Below, in pieces: positions 12,641 through 25,622 of a stretch of DNA of 64,000 bases (position 1 is its first letter; every line of letters begins with the position of its first letter). Position numbers and translations under genes: made by a program. The DNA lies in contig OX597830.1 in assembly GCA_951406725.2 (NCBI GenBank), positions 31,558,001-31,622,000 of the forward strand, in the 5' to 3' direction. The DNA comes from Octopus vulgaris. Its lineage: Eukaryota. The notes below the pieces were generated by a model. The model had not been told where the DNA came from. It saw only the letters and a program-made list of their open reading frames with translations, and ran no database searches.

Positions 12641-12711
12641 TATGATGATGATGATAGCTATGTTGATATATAAATATATGTATATATCACCCTCATCATC
12701 ATCATCATCAT

Positions 12712-13010
12712 AATTTAGTATCTGTTGTCCATGTTGGCATGGGTTGGATGGTTTGACCAGGGCTGGCAAGCTGTAAGGCTGTGGCAGACCCCAGTCCGAT
12801 AAGGCATGGCTTCTATGGCTGGATGACCTTTCTCATGCCAACCACACCAAGAGTGTAATGGGTTCTTTTATGTGCCACCAGCCTAGGTGCCATTTGTGTG
12901 ACACTTGTATCTTCCACGATTGCAATTTTACTTGGATTGATGGGTCTTCTTCTCAAGCACGACATAATGCCAAAGGTCTTGGTCATTGCTTCTGCGAGGT
13001 CCAACATTTG
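12712..13010 (-). mobile_element. RTE-like LINE 3' end (family C)
   Basis: CCATGTTGGCATGGGTTGGATGG..GGCTGGATGACCTTTC; minus-strand MLDLAEAMT../DLWHYVVLEKKTH is RTE-like at the C-terminus (with a frameshift). Confidence 0.6.
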
Positions 13011-13106
13011 ACTTTACAGCTGTTTCCAATAATCATTAGAAGGTTGTTTTATCTATCTATCTATTAATCAATCAATAAATCTATCTATCTATCTATCTAT
13101 CAAACT

Positions 13107-13169
<63 letters not shown>

Positions 13170-13186
13170 CACGTACATACACACAT

Positions 13187-13241
<55 letters not shown>

Positions 13242-13490
13242 ATAAATATATTTATACATACACACATACACACACATACGTAAATACATATGATAGATAA
13301 ATAGATATATAGATTGTTAGATGAATAGGTAGGTAGGTAGGTAGGTAGATGAGCAAACATGGAGGCAGACAGGCAAACGTGTAGACAAGCAGACAGACAG
13401 GCATCCAGCCAGCCAGCCAGCCAGCCAGTCTGATAAAGTGATTGATAGATAGATAGACAGACAGACAAACAGACAGATAGACAGATAGAT

Positions 13491-13549
<59 letters not shown>

Positions 13550-13919
13550 TTAAACTTGACAGTGAAATGCATACATAGACACATATACCCACACACTTTC
13601 ACACTCGGAAGTGTTAGGATACATCAGGAAACAGACAGAGTGACTGATAGTTGGTAGGTGAGGATAAGGAGTGCAACAAACACACACACATACACATACA
13701 TACATACATACATACATACATACATACATGCATACATACATACAAACATGCATACATACACACACACACACATATTCACACAAATGTGCACATACATATA
13801 GAGAGATAGACACACATGGATGCACACATACATATATATGTATAGGCATATGTATATATGTATAGGCAGATTGACGGACAGTTACAAACACACACAAATA
13901 CACATGTTAATATAAGCAG

Positions 13920-14970
13920 ACTCATGCAATCACTCATGCACATATACGTACAGACAGATACAAATGCATACACTCATACAGAGAAGCACTCACAAACACA
14001 CACATTCTTATAAACAGACACATAGAAACACACACATACATGTAGACAGGCATACCATAGAGATAGACACACATGCACATGCACACACACACACACACAT
14101 AAGTTAGATACGCACAAGCACACACGTAAGTTAGATACGCACAAGCACACACTTACATATAGACAGACACACATACACACTCAAGCAGACACACAAACAC
14201 ACATGCATATAAACAGACACACACACAAACACACACGTACATATAGACAGTCACGCACACAAACACACTCATACATATAGACAGACACACACAAACACTC
14301 ATACATACAGTCACATGCACATACACATATAGGCTGACACACGCAAACACACACATACATATAGGCAGACACGCATACACACATATATAGGCTGACACAC
14401 ACAAACACATGCAAACACACACATACATATAGGCAGTCACGCACACACACATATATAGGCTGACACACACAAACACACACACATATAGGCAGTCACATGC
14501 AACCACACATACATATAGACAGACACACGCACATATATATGGCAGACACACACATATAGGCAGACACACACAAACACACATTCATATAGACTGACACATG
14601 CACATACATATATAGGCTGACACATACAAACACACACACACATAATGGCAGTCACACACAAACACACACACATATAGACAGACACACGGACATACATATA
14701 TAAGCCAGACACACACAAACACATACACATATAGGCAGACACACACAAACGTACACACATATATAGACAGACACACACACAAACACACACATTCATATAG
14801 ACTAACACATGCACATACATATATAGGCAGGTACACACAAACACACAAATACTCACACATATAAGGAGACACACATACATATAGACACACACATACATAT
14901 AGACAGACACATACATATAAACACATACATATAAAGACACACATACATATAGACAGACACACACACATAC
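13920..14970. repeat. Compound minisatellite of about 1 kb, core ATATAG(G/A)C(A/T)GACACAC
   Basis: Dozens of ATAGGCAGACAC / ATAGACAGACAC / ATAGGCTGACAC cores separated by CA-rich spacers. Confidence 0.8.
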
Positions 14971-15119
14971 ATACAGTCAGAAACAGATGGAGACTGAGAA
15001 ATTGACAGAGAAAGATAGAGATAGACAGAGAGATAAATAGGCAGGCAGAGAGTGAGAGAGAAAGAGAGAGAGGGAGAGAAAAAAGAAAGAGGGAGGGAGA
15101 GAGAGAGAGGGGGTGATAG

Positions 15120-15395
15120 TAATATAGATAGCCAAAATCTTAATGAAATGCATACAATGATTAATTAGAGTAAAAGGAACGAAGTAGCCGGAGAAACGAG
15201 GTTTTAGTCACAGCTTGTCTAAAACAATTTATCAGTAACAAAGTCTGATCTATTAGCAATTAACAACGACACCATTAATACAGGCCCTAATTTAGAACCT
15301 AATTAAAGTAATTTGCTATTTAAGATGTAGTCGTGTCTGATGGTCTTTCAATATTTCACTTTGCTACTTCGCTTTAGTCATTACTCAGATATATC
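15120..15395. promoter_or_regulatory. Candidate cis-regulatory island rich in homeodomain and Sox-like motifs
   Basis: Non-repetitive segment between SSRs with many TAAT/ATTA (GATTAATTAG, CCATTAATA, CCTAATTAAAGTAATT), ACAAT/AACAAAG motifs and retained CpGs. Motif evidence only. Confidence 0.3.
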
Positions 15396-15401
15396 AGCCA
15401 C

Positions 15402-15450
<49 letters not shown>

Positions 15451-15673
15451 TGTGGGTGCTTGTGTGCATGGTGGGGGTAGGAGCATGGCATTTTGGTGTA
15501 ACTGATGATGTGTTTGTGTAAGCGTGCATATGAATATGTGCATATGTGGAATGTGTATCTATACATGTAAGGATATAAATGTGTGTGTGTGTGAGTTTGC
15601 GGCATGTGCGTGTGTATACATGATATGTTTGTGTAAGCACTCGTGCATCTATATGTTGCATATGTTTGGAGTA

Positions 15674-15709
<36 letters not shown>

Positions 15710-15754
15710 AAAATCGACATTAAGATAAAAATCAAATGGAAATTGTAGTTGTGA

Positions 15755-16002
15755 TATCCATGGTGATGGCACATAGAAAGCACCAACTGATCGTGGCCGT
15801 TGCCAGCCTCCCAGGGCACCTGTGCCGGTGGCACGTAAAAAGCACCCACTACACTCACGGAGTGGTTGGCATTAGGAAGGGCATCCAGCTGTAGAAACAC
15901 TGCCAGATCAGACTGGAGCCTGCTGCAGCCTCCTGGCTTCCCAGACCCTGGTCGAACCGTCCAAACCATGCTAGCATGGAAAATGGACGTTAAACGATGA
16001 TG
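15755..16002 (+). mobile_element. RTE-like 3' UTR (family C), well preserved
   Basis: TGGCACGTAAAAAGCACCCACTACACTCACGGAGTGGTTGGCATTAGGAAGGGCATCCAGC..CATGGAAAATGGACGTTAAACGATGATGA. Confidence 0.75.
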
Positions 16003-16392
16003 ATATATATACATACACATATATATATGTATATATATGCATGCTTGTGTATATGTATGCATATATGCATGTATATGTATGTATGTATGTTGCATGCCTG
16101 CATGTATATGTGTAGTTCTGCACATTCTGTCAGCAAGAAGATAGAGGCTTATATCACCATCTGTAAGTGTGTTAGTGTCAATGTGTGATAGAGAGTGTTT
16201 TGACATGTGTGTGTGCACGTGTGTGTGTGTGTGTGTGTTTATGTGTACATATGAGTGTATACTTTGTTGTCTATTTAATAGACAACCCGCATGCATGTAT
16301 GTACATACAACACAATGTTTTAGTTCCAGTTTTTCTTTTTTTATTTCAGAGTGAGATGAAAATGTTATTAAACACACATGCACGCATACACA

Positions 16393-16482
<90 letters not shown>

Positions 16483-17504
16483 TACACACACACACATGCA
16501 CACACACAAACACACACACAAATGATTCCTGGATGCTGAACATCGCAAAAACGATATATAAACGACTGAAATAATTAGTAACATAGTGCAACCGGAGTAG
16601 ACTTGGTGTTTCGAGACAACAAGCATAGAAATGGAACAGAGAAGGCTAACAATGAAGGGGAGTTGCTGATGTCTGGGATGCTCTCACTGCCTTTACCTTC
16701 TGCTCATTGCTGGCCTTCATCTTCTCTCTGCTCTCTTTACATTGCTTCCCAACCCAAGATGCTTCCACTGCACCCACCCACTGCTCTTCCACTCCCTGTT
16801 TCCATTTCTCTCACTAACCTCTCCCCAACCCTTTCGCCAACGATTTCACACCATCTCATGTTTCTCTCCTTCTTAACCTCCCACCCCACCGCACCCCACC
16901 CCAACAACAACTTCCTACCACCTCTCTTTCCTTCTGTCACCCTCTCCAGATTCTTGTCACTCTTCATATTTACCTTTCTCTCATATCTTTCCATATTTGC
17001 TCCTATAACAAAATATGTCCCTGGACCCAACTGACAACCCCCCACCACCATCGTCACAATCGCCATTCTGTCTCTCTCTCTCCCTCTCTCTTTTCCTTCC
17101 CCCTTCCTTTGTCCCTTCCATACTCACTTCTCTACTGATCTTTTCCAATGATAAATCAGTTACTCACTTACTCTGCCCCCTTTATATTCTACCCTGCTTA
17201 AAACCACCACTCATATCTTCTTCCAATGATGATGGTCTGGCTTTGCCTAAAGGATCCATAGGAACTTATATCATTCCATACAACAACAACATCATAGGAT
17301 TTCCTTATGAATGAATGTAGTTACAACATGAGTCATGGTTCACCTGAAACAGCTGTCAAGATAAGACTATTATGTAACTCATTTCATTTATTCAATATTC
17401 TACAATCCATACACTGTATTTTGAATTCCACATAAAAATACTCATTAAGCCTTCTTGTCTTTATTTGCCTTTTTTATTTTTTCATTATATCTTTTATTGT
17501 TTTT

Positions 17505-17883
17505 CTTTTTTTACTCATTTCAGTCATTAGACTGTGGCCATGCTGGGGCATTGCCTTGAAGAGTTTTAAGTTGAACAAATCGACCCTAGTACTTAATGTT
17601 CTTTAAAGTCTGGTATTTATTTTGTCAGTCTCTTTTGCTGAACCACTAAGTTACAGGAATGTAAATACACCAGCACTGATTGTCAGGTGGTGGTGGGGGA
17701 CAAACACAAAGATACACACAGACACATACATACATACACACATGATGGGCTTCTTTCAGTTTCTGTCTACCAAATCCACTCACAAGGTCTTGGTTGGCCC
17801 GAGGCTATAGTAGAAGACACTTGCCTAAAGTGGCATGCAGTGATTGGAACGCAAACTTCTTAAGACACAGGCTCGCCTGTGCC
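17505..17883 (-). mobile_element. Family B SINE
   Basis: TTTCAGTCATTAGACTGTGGCCATGCTGG..CAAATCCACTCACAAGG..TAGTAGAAGACACTTGCC. Confidence 0.85.
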
Positions 17884-17915
17884 TTATATGCATTTATAAT
17901 TTATTTGTATTTACT

Positions 17916-17948
<33 letters not shown>

Positions 17949-17951
17949 ATA

Positions 17952-18148
17952 CAGGGTTGGCCAAAAATCACCTGACAGTAAATATGTTTACCAACTGAAT
18001 GAATTTAATAAAAGCATCTAAATATGAAACATCATAAAAATTATTCAAACTGAAGTCTTTGAGTGACACATTTCTCTATTTGAGGCAATACAGAATCACA
18101 GATGGTATTTATGGAATTTTGATTTACTGTTGGGTGACTTTTGGCCAA
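17952..18148. mobile_element. Tc1/mariner-like MITE
   Basis: TA-CAGGGTTGGCCAAAAATCACCTGACAGTAAAT on the left is inverted as ATTTACTGTTGGGTGACTTTTGGCCAA at about 18122-18148. The outer right end is eroded. Confidence 0.6.
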
Positions 18149-18170
18149 ATATAATATATATATATATATA

Positions 18171-18577
18171 GGCGCAGAAGTGGCTGTGTGGTAAGTAGCT
18201 TGCTAACCAGCCACATGGTTCCGGGTTCAGTCCCACTGCGTGGCATCTTGGGCAAGTGTCTTCTACTATAGCCTCGGGCCGACCAATGCCTTGTGAGTGG
18301 ATTTGGTAGACGGAAACTGAAAGAAGCCTGTCGTATATATGTATATATATATATATATATGTATGTGTGTATGTTTGTGTGTCTGTGTTTGTCCCCCTAG
18401 CATTGCTTGACAACTGATGCTGGTGTGTTTACGTCCCCGTCACTTAGCGGTTCGGCAAAAGAGACGATAGAATAAGTACTGGGCTTACAAAGAATAAGTC
18501 CCGGGGTCGATTTGCTTGACTAAAGGCGGTGCTCCAGCATGGCCGCAGTCAAATGACTGAAACAAGTAAAAGAAAGA
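18171..18577 (+). mobile_element. Full-length family B tRNA/CORE-type SINE with internal microsatellite
   Basis: A-box-like TGGCTGTGTGGTAAG, B-box-like GGTTCAGTCCC, CORE-like CTTGGGCAAGTGTCTT, internal (TA)/(TG) tract, tail GAAACAAGTAAAAGA. Confidence 0.85.
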
Positions 18578-19023
18578 ATATAAATTATTAAATAGTGCAA
18601 TACAGTAGTATAGCTTCCCAGTAGAACAAAGCACCATCAGGTTAAAGTATGAATAAGATGAAGGTATAGTGGTACAACAATACACCAATATTTATTGGAA
18701 ATACCAGTCAATAATATATGATGCTTTAGTAAAGCTTCACTGTATATATATATATTGGCAAAAATGCTAGCAGGCAGTGAGCATAAAAAATTTCATCTTA
18801 CCTGTAGGAAGAATATTAAATAAATCTACAACTCAGATGTGGATAATCTATGACCTAAGTTTTGAACTTTCCAAATTATGTTTGTTAACATAAATTTGAT
18901 TAGTTCTCATCAGCTAGATTCACCTGGACAAAATCGGAAATGTCACTACATCAATGCCAGTATTTACTCATCTGAAATACCTATATATACAGGTGATTCA
19001 AAAGTTGCCATACATAAGAACAA

Positions 19024-19056
<33 letters not shown>

Positions 19057-19254
19057 CTTATTATTATAAGAAAATTCATTCCACAAAAATACTAGGCACT
19101 GAACCAATATTTCCTTGGGTGAAATCATCCCTTCATGAGGTTAACACAACTTCTAATTGAAAAGTATATATATATATAAATATATTTATATATCTTGTAC
19201 TTTTTTCTGTTATAAAGGTGCTCCTTTGCTTCTTTACTCTTCCAGGTTGCAGGG

Positions 19255-19450
19255 GGACCTTTCTAGTGCTGTTGCTGTCCCCTCAAAAAACACCTAGTCC
19301 ACTTTGTAAAGTGGCTGGCATTTGGGAAAGGCATCCAGGCCCACAAACCATGCCAAAACTAAGGTATTGGAGCACTTTGCACTCCTCCAATTTGTCAGAT
19401 CTGGTCAAAGCTTCCAACTTTTGTCAGCATGCCATGTTGATGTATGATGC
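19255..19450 (+). mobile_element. Decayed family C 3' UTR
   Basis: GTGGCTGGCATTTGGGAAAGGCATCCAGG..CCAAC..GCATG..TGATG. Confidence 0.5.
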
Positions 19451-19706
19451 TGATGGTAACAATGATAATGATAATAATGTCAACGATAGGTTTGTTGATG
19501 ATGATGATCATCATGGTACTATACATAGAAAGACATAGGCATATATATATTTGTATATGTAGATGTGCAAGTATGAATATAATTATTGAAATCACTGTAG
19601 CACTATCACCATCATCTTGGTAATGATGGTGATGATGATGATGATGATGATGATATCAATTATGTTTGTAAAGCAAAAACAAAGTAATAAAATAACGAAG
19701 GAAAGT

Positions 19707-19960
19707 GAGAAGAAGAAGAAGAATTAGGAGAAGAAGAAGAATTAGGAGAAGAAGAAGAAGAAGAAGAAGAAGAAGAAGAAGAAGAATTAGAAGAAGAAGA
19801 AGAAGAAGAAAGAGAAGAAGAAGAAGAAGAAGAAGAAGAAGAAGAAGAAGAAGAAGAAGAAGAAGAAGAAGAAGAAGAAGAAGAAGAAGAAGAAGAAGAA
19901 GAAGAAGAAGAAGAAGAAGAAGAAGAAGGAAATGAAAAAGAAAAGGAAGAAGAAGCAGAA
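19707..19960. repeat. (GAA)n microsatellite, about 250 bp
   Basis: Direct reading. Confidence 0.95.
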
Positions 19961-22001
19961 CAACAACAACGACAATTACAACTGCAATAATAAAGAATAG
20001 AAACTCCGCCCTTCTCTCCTTCCCACCTCTCAAAACAAAAAACCAAAAAAAAACCAAAAGAAAAGAGCAAAACAAATATGTAAATAAATAAAACCCTTCT
20101 CACTCCTGATAAAAGTAAAAACACAAACAAATATGTAAACAGCAAAAGTCTAAAAAAAAACAATAATAATAATAATAATGATAAAGAAAAAATGACAAAG
20201 GAAATACAAGTTCATGTCGACTGGTTTAGGAAAAATTTTTTAAAATTTTGTGATTTTTAAAAAAAAAACAATTTGTTTGTTTATTTTTTTTAAAAAAAAA
20301 ACAATTTGAATTTTTTTTATTTTTTAAAAAAATTGTTTATGTTTTGTTTCATTGTTTACTTTTATTGTACTGCTTGTTTGTTCTTATTTTAATTTATTTT
20401 AATTTATTTTATTTTATTTTATTTTATTTTTACTTTATTTATTATCTATTTAGATTTTTGTTTATATGTTTATTTAACTGTTGTTCAAAGTGAAGTGATT
20501 TTCAAGATGACAATTTCAGGAACTTTGGTGTCAATGGAGGATGAAGGTGTTGGTGGTGGTGGTGGTGGTGGTGGTGGTGTTGGCAGTGTGTGTGTGTGTG
20601 TGTGGGGGGCTGATAGTGTTGGGGGCGGCGGTGTTGGTTTTTAGTGGTGGAAAGGTGGGTAGGTGAGCATGGTGGAGCGCACTAGTGTGCAGCAGTGGGC
20701 AGTGGTTGATAGATAATGGCGGTGGTGGTGGTAGTGGTGGTAGTGGCACATCATGATTGTGCCTGTGGTGGCAGTGTTACTGATGCTGGAGGTGAAGTGA
20801 TGGTGATATGAACAGTTAGTGGTGGTGGTGGTTGTGGTGGGGGATGCAGTTCTTATTGATGTTGATGGTGGAAATGATTATTGTTGTTGTTGATGGTGGT
20901 GGTAGTGGTGAAGCTACAGATTCAGTGGTTAGTTGGTGGATGGTAGTGGTGGTGGTGGTAGTGGTAGTTCTATGTTTAAATGTTAAAGGCCCTCTGCTAA
21001 TTTTTTAGAACGTAGGGTTGGTGGTAGTGGTTGTGGTTGTTGTGGTGGTTGTGGTGGTGGTGGTGGCTGCTGGGGAAATTGTTAAATTTTGTTGTTGGTG
21101 TTTAGTTAGTGGTAGTGGTGGTGGTAGTGGTGGTGATGATGATGGCAGTTGGTGTTGGCGCAGTCGTCGTTGTCGTTGTTGTTGTTGGTGGTGGTGGTAG
21201 TGTTTTAAGGGTTAATAGCAGTCTAGCGTGTTTAGGACATAGTATTGGTTAGTTTAATGCTGTGGTAGTAGGGGTGACAGTTTGATGGTAGTGCTGGTAA
21301 TGGAAGACTGGTGGTGGTGGTGGTGGTGGTGGTGGTGGTGGTAATGGTAGTGCTAGTGGTGACAGGGATGGTTGCACTGGAGTGGTGATGGTGATGGTAT
21401 TGTTGGTGGGAATAGTGATAGTGGTGATAGTGGTGGTGGTGGTGGTAGTGGTGGTGGTGGTTAATTAGTGGTGGTTGAGAAGTTGAGAATTGAATGCTTG
21501 GAAGTGGCAATGGCTGGTTGGTTGGTTGGGCTGGTCGGTCGGTCGGTTGGTTTGACAATCATGATGGCATGTTAAGGGTTAATGACAGACTGCTAAGTTT
21601 AGGATGTAGTAGTGGTGGTGGTTAATGAGTGCTGCTGATTGGCTCATAGTTGTGGTTGTTTGTGGTATAGTGGTGCACATTTATTAAGTGCCGATGGTGA
21701 TAAGGGTGTTACGATGCAAAAGGGGAAACAGCGGCAATGGTGGCAGTGATGGTGGTGGTGTTGGCGGTGATGACAGTGGTTGCTGTGGTGGTGGTGGTTG
21801 TGGTGGTGAAGAACAGAGAGTAAAGAAGGGAGGTGTTAGCCCCATGGTGGGGGTAGTGAATAAAGAATGGTAAGGGATGAAATTGCACTACTTGTATCAG
21901 AAGTAAGAGGTGGGGGCGGTGCTGTGTATACATACATACATACATACATACATACTTACATACATACGTGCATGTATAGTTCATATATATATGTGAGTGT
22001 A

Positions 22002-22032
<31 letters not shown>

Positions 22033-22175
22033 ATGTCCATACATATACGTACATACACATACACATATACATAAAAATATATATATGTGTATATATGTTA
22101 CATATGTTCATATATATATATACATGTATATGTATATATGTGTGTGATTTTGTGTATTTGTTTATATATATATAC

Positions 22176-22223
<48 letters not shown>

Positions 22224-22276
22224 GTATATGTTTATATAAATGTGTGTGTGTGTATGCATTTGTGAACATGTATATA

Positions 22277-22308
<32 letters not shown>

Positions 22309-23048
22309 CATATACATGCATGCATATATATATGTACATATATATGTGTATGTGTGTGTATACATGTATAGGGAGAGAGGGGGAGAAAGAAATAAGAGGT
22401 GGAGAAGAGAGGGAAGAAGGTGGTGATGACTGTGTGAGGGGAGTTTTATTTTTTTAAAGTGGCATTTTAAAATTTTCTAATGGCCAATGAAATGAAGAAG
22501 TGGCTGGTTGGTTAGGAGGAATCGTGGGAGGAGTTAGCAAAGGATAAAATAATTTTGGGTGGAGGGAGGAAGAGACAGAGTGAGAAAGAAAACAGAGAGA
22601 GAGAGAGGTGGTGGGAGGTGATGAAGGGAGAGGGGAAAAATTGGAAGTACTTGAGAGAGAAAGGGGTGAAATAGAGGTAAAAGGGGTGGGGAAAGGATGA
22701 GGGAGAGGTGAGAGAATTAAAGATCAATTTTAGGAAGGCCTGAAAGGTTGAAAAGTGGAAAGGGAAGTTAGCGGGGTGGGATGAAATGAGATAAATTTGA
22801 TGACACGGATAATGAGTGAGGGCAGTGAGAGAGAGGGAGAGAACCAGAAGAATTGGAGAGAGAGAGAGGGGGGGAAGGAAAGAATAGAAGAGAGTGAGAA
22901 GAAGAGAAAGTGAGGGGGTGTTGGAGGAGGAAAGGGTGGAGAAAAAAATGAAAGAATTAGAAGGAAAGTGTGATGTGATGTTAGAATTAGTATAGTTATG
23001 AAGGACAGACAGTCAGACCGACAGACAGACAGACAGACTGACAGATAT

Positions 23049-23099
<51 letters not shown>

Positions 23100-23165
23100 T
23101 ATGGATGGATGGACAGAGGGATAGATGGGTGGGTGGGTTTATGGATGGACAGATAGATGTATAGT

Positions 23166-23229
<64 letters not shown>

Positions 23230-23329
23230 CAGATAGATGGATGGATGGATGGATGGGTGGGAGGGAGGGTAGATGGATGGATGAATAGATGGGTAGATGG
23301 ACAGAGAGATAATCAGATAAATGGGTAGA

Positions 23330-24876
23330 TATGTTTCTTTATTAGCCACACAGGGCTGCACACAGATAGAACAAATTACAAGGTAGAGCTTTTCTTTTGA
23401 AGGTTTAAATAAAAAAAAAAGGAAGGGGGAGTTTCGATCAAAAGGGATCGTAAAAGGAGAGAAAGAGGACAAAAAAAAAAGGGGGTTAAAAAAAAGGGGG
23501 AGAGGAAAAAAAATTGATCAATAGGGATCGTTATCACAGAAATGTCAATATGAAGTGTAAAGGGGAGGACAGGTGAGGTTTACCCGTGGAAAGAAAAGCC
23601 TACGGAAAAGACCACGGTAACCTCGGTCAATGAAGTCACATTTTATATTTCTTTTTTTTTTTTTTTTTTTTTTTTTTTTGCAAATAAGCAACTCTGTTTT
23701 CGATTTCTGGGTTCATAGGACTATGCTCAAGGTGGCTTCGTCATTCATACGTGCCATTCTTGCTACATTCACCCATCTTTTTTTAAAACATTCGCTAGAC
23801 AAAACTTGCCTCTCTACTCTCACTTTCCTTTTCAAGTGGTACTTGAAGAAGTTGATGAGAGATTGACCAGAGAGGAAAGTGTTTGTCTCCAATCCTTTCA
23901 GACGCGTCCACCAGATACATTCCTTCGCCATAGCCACAAGGATGATGAAAATAGCTCTTCCTTCCCGTTTGAAGGAAGGAGGCGTGACAATATTGACGAT
24001 AGACTCAGCTGATAAACCGACTCGTCCCACACGTGACAGCAGTTGTTCGACATAAGCCCACAGGTCGGAAATTGTTGGACACTGAACGAGTGCGTGCAGA
24101 ACGGTTTCGTCGCTCTGACCGCATCTCGGGCAGGTCGGCCCCGTGTTTCTCGAGCCGTGTCTGTAGAGCTTATCCCGGACGGGTAGCGCTTCTCGGTAGC
24201 ACTGCCAGGCCAGGGATCTCTGGAAGTTGTCCATGGGCCCTGGCCCGAAAGTCGTCCTGAACAGGCGGGTCAGGTACTCCTCGTCGACGTCCAGGTTCGC
24301 CCCGAGCTCGTCGTCGTACCTCCCCTCCACTAAACCCCTATAGAATGCTTTGGTTGTGTTGAAGTCACTTAAGGTCGACCCAGGACGGCAGAGTTGCTTG
24401 AGAGCAACGCGACACTCGCGGTGCCATTCGCCCTTCCTCGGCCTCTTTTTGATCCACGACTGCAGTTCGGTCATGGAGACGAGCTGCGGGAAAGCGTGCC
24501 TCACAAACGGCGACCACACCTGTTCACCGTCGTCTACATAGAGCCAGAGATGCCGCAGTCTCAGCGCGTGTCTGCGCATCATCAACCACGGCATGCCCAG
24601 CCCTCCTTTTAACGGGTGTTGACAGCAAATGGATCGCCTGACCATCGGGACGCATCCTTTCCACAAGAAGCGAAAGAGGATGCGTTGTAGTTTGGTGATG
24701 GTAGGGTCGGGACAAGGTACGACGGTCAGGCGGTAGTAGATGACGGACGCGATGTACGTGTTCGCCACCTCCGCTCGACCTTTTAGGGACAGTTTCCTCT
24801 CGGCCCATTGCCGGGCGAGAGTGACCACCCTACTCGTTATCTCGTTCCAGTTCTTCTCCACTTGGAGGTCCGGACC

Positions 24877-24877
<1 letters not shown>
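23330..24877 (-). mobile_element. 5'-truncated Tx1/L1-type non-LTR retrotransposon inserted in a (GATA)n tract
   Basis: GC- and CpG-rich island with an open ORF, a 3' UTR of about 380 bp carrying AATAAA (plus-strand TTTATT at 23338-23343), and GATA-type repeats on both flanks. Confidence 0.85.
23713..24876 (-). CDS. C-terminal 388 codons of a Tx1/L1-type ORF2 (post-RT region plus zf-RVT/CCHC finger)
   Basis: [54 protein letters not shown] and IWWTR motifs are typical of L1/Tx1 ORF2. No stop codons. The upstream 203 codons of the track ORF are microsatellite and flanking DNA. Confidence 0.85.
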   Translation of the reverse strand, partial: GPDLQVEKNWNEITSRVVTLARQWAERKLSLKGRAEVANTYIASVIYYRLTVVPCPDPTITKLQRILFRFLWKGCVPMVRRSICCQHPLKGGLGMPWLMMRRHALRLRHLWLYVDDGEQVWSPFVRHAFPQLVSMTELQSWIKKRPRKGEWHRECRVALKQLCRPGSTLSDFNTTKAFYRGLVEGRYDDELGANLDVDEEYLTRLFRTTFGPGPMDNFQRSLAWQCYREALPVRDKLYRHGSRNTGPTCPRCGQSDETVLHALVQCPTISDLWAYVEQLLSRVGRVGLSAESIVNIVTPPSFKREGRAIFIILVAMAKECIWWTRLKGLETNTFLSGQSLINFFKYHLKRKVRVERQVLSSECFKKRWVNVARMARMNDEATLSIVL

Positions 24878-24911
<34 letters not shown>

Positions 24912-24912
24912 C

Positions 24913-24979
<67 letters not shown>

Positions 24980-25032
24980 CAGATAGATAGGTAAGTAGGT
25001 GGATAGATAGATAGATAGATAGATAGACAGAC

Positions 25033-25131
<99 letters not shown>

Positions 25132-25622
25132 CAGGTAGACAGACAGACAAACAGTTAGATAAGTAGATAGATAGGGAAACAGATAAGCGGTAGGTAGGTA
25201 AGAAAATGTATTGATGAGGAGAAAGGTAAGATATTTGAGTTGCCAAATTAGAAAGGGGAAAGATAGTGTGGGTATATGTGTATGTGAGAGAGAGAAAAAG
25301 TAAAGATGAAGAGAAAGAAATAGAGAGAGAGTGAGAGAGAATGAGAGAATGAGAAACAGACATAAGGAAAGACAAACAGAAAGAGAGAGAGAGGGGGAGG
25401 GAGAGATAACAATGGAGAAAATATGCAAGAAAAGACTTAAAAGACGAATGGATTGGAATATTGAAGTGGATAATTGTTTAAGCAATATTGATTGATACAG
25501 CCATGTAATTTAATGATTGATTGAGTGATCAGCTGATTTTGTTTAATGACTGAATGACTGATTGAGAAATTGTTTTGTTATTTCAGTTTTCATTGATATT
25601 GTCTACTTCAGCATGTCTTTTG

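Noticed and set aside
16590-16620. Minus-strand CGAAACACCAAGTC resembling the 3' half of a hammerhead
   Set aside because: No matching CTGANGA box or stem I partner found at a suitable distance.
16603-17314. 143-aa and 99-aa Pro/Ser/Leu-rich ORFs
   Set aside because: They arise from pyrimidine-rich low-complexity DNA with no conserved motif.
18171-18250. Possible tRNA genes (also at 53539, 57162, 35690)
   Set aside because: A/B-box-like heads continue into multi-copy SINE bodies, and I cannot build full cloverleaves.
24877-25485. N-terminal 203 aa of the 590-aa minus-strand ORF, suggesting a novel membrane-anchored fusion protein
   Set aside because: It is (TATC)n and CT-rich flank that happens to lack stops in frame with the truncated LINE; a chance read-through.
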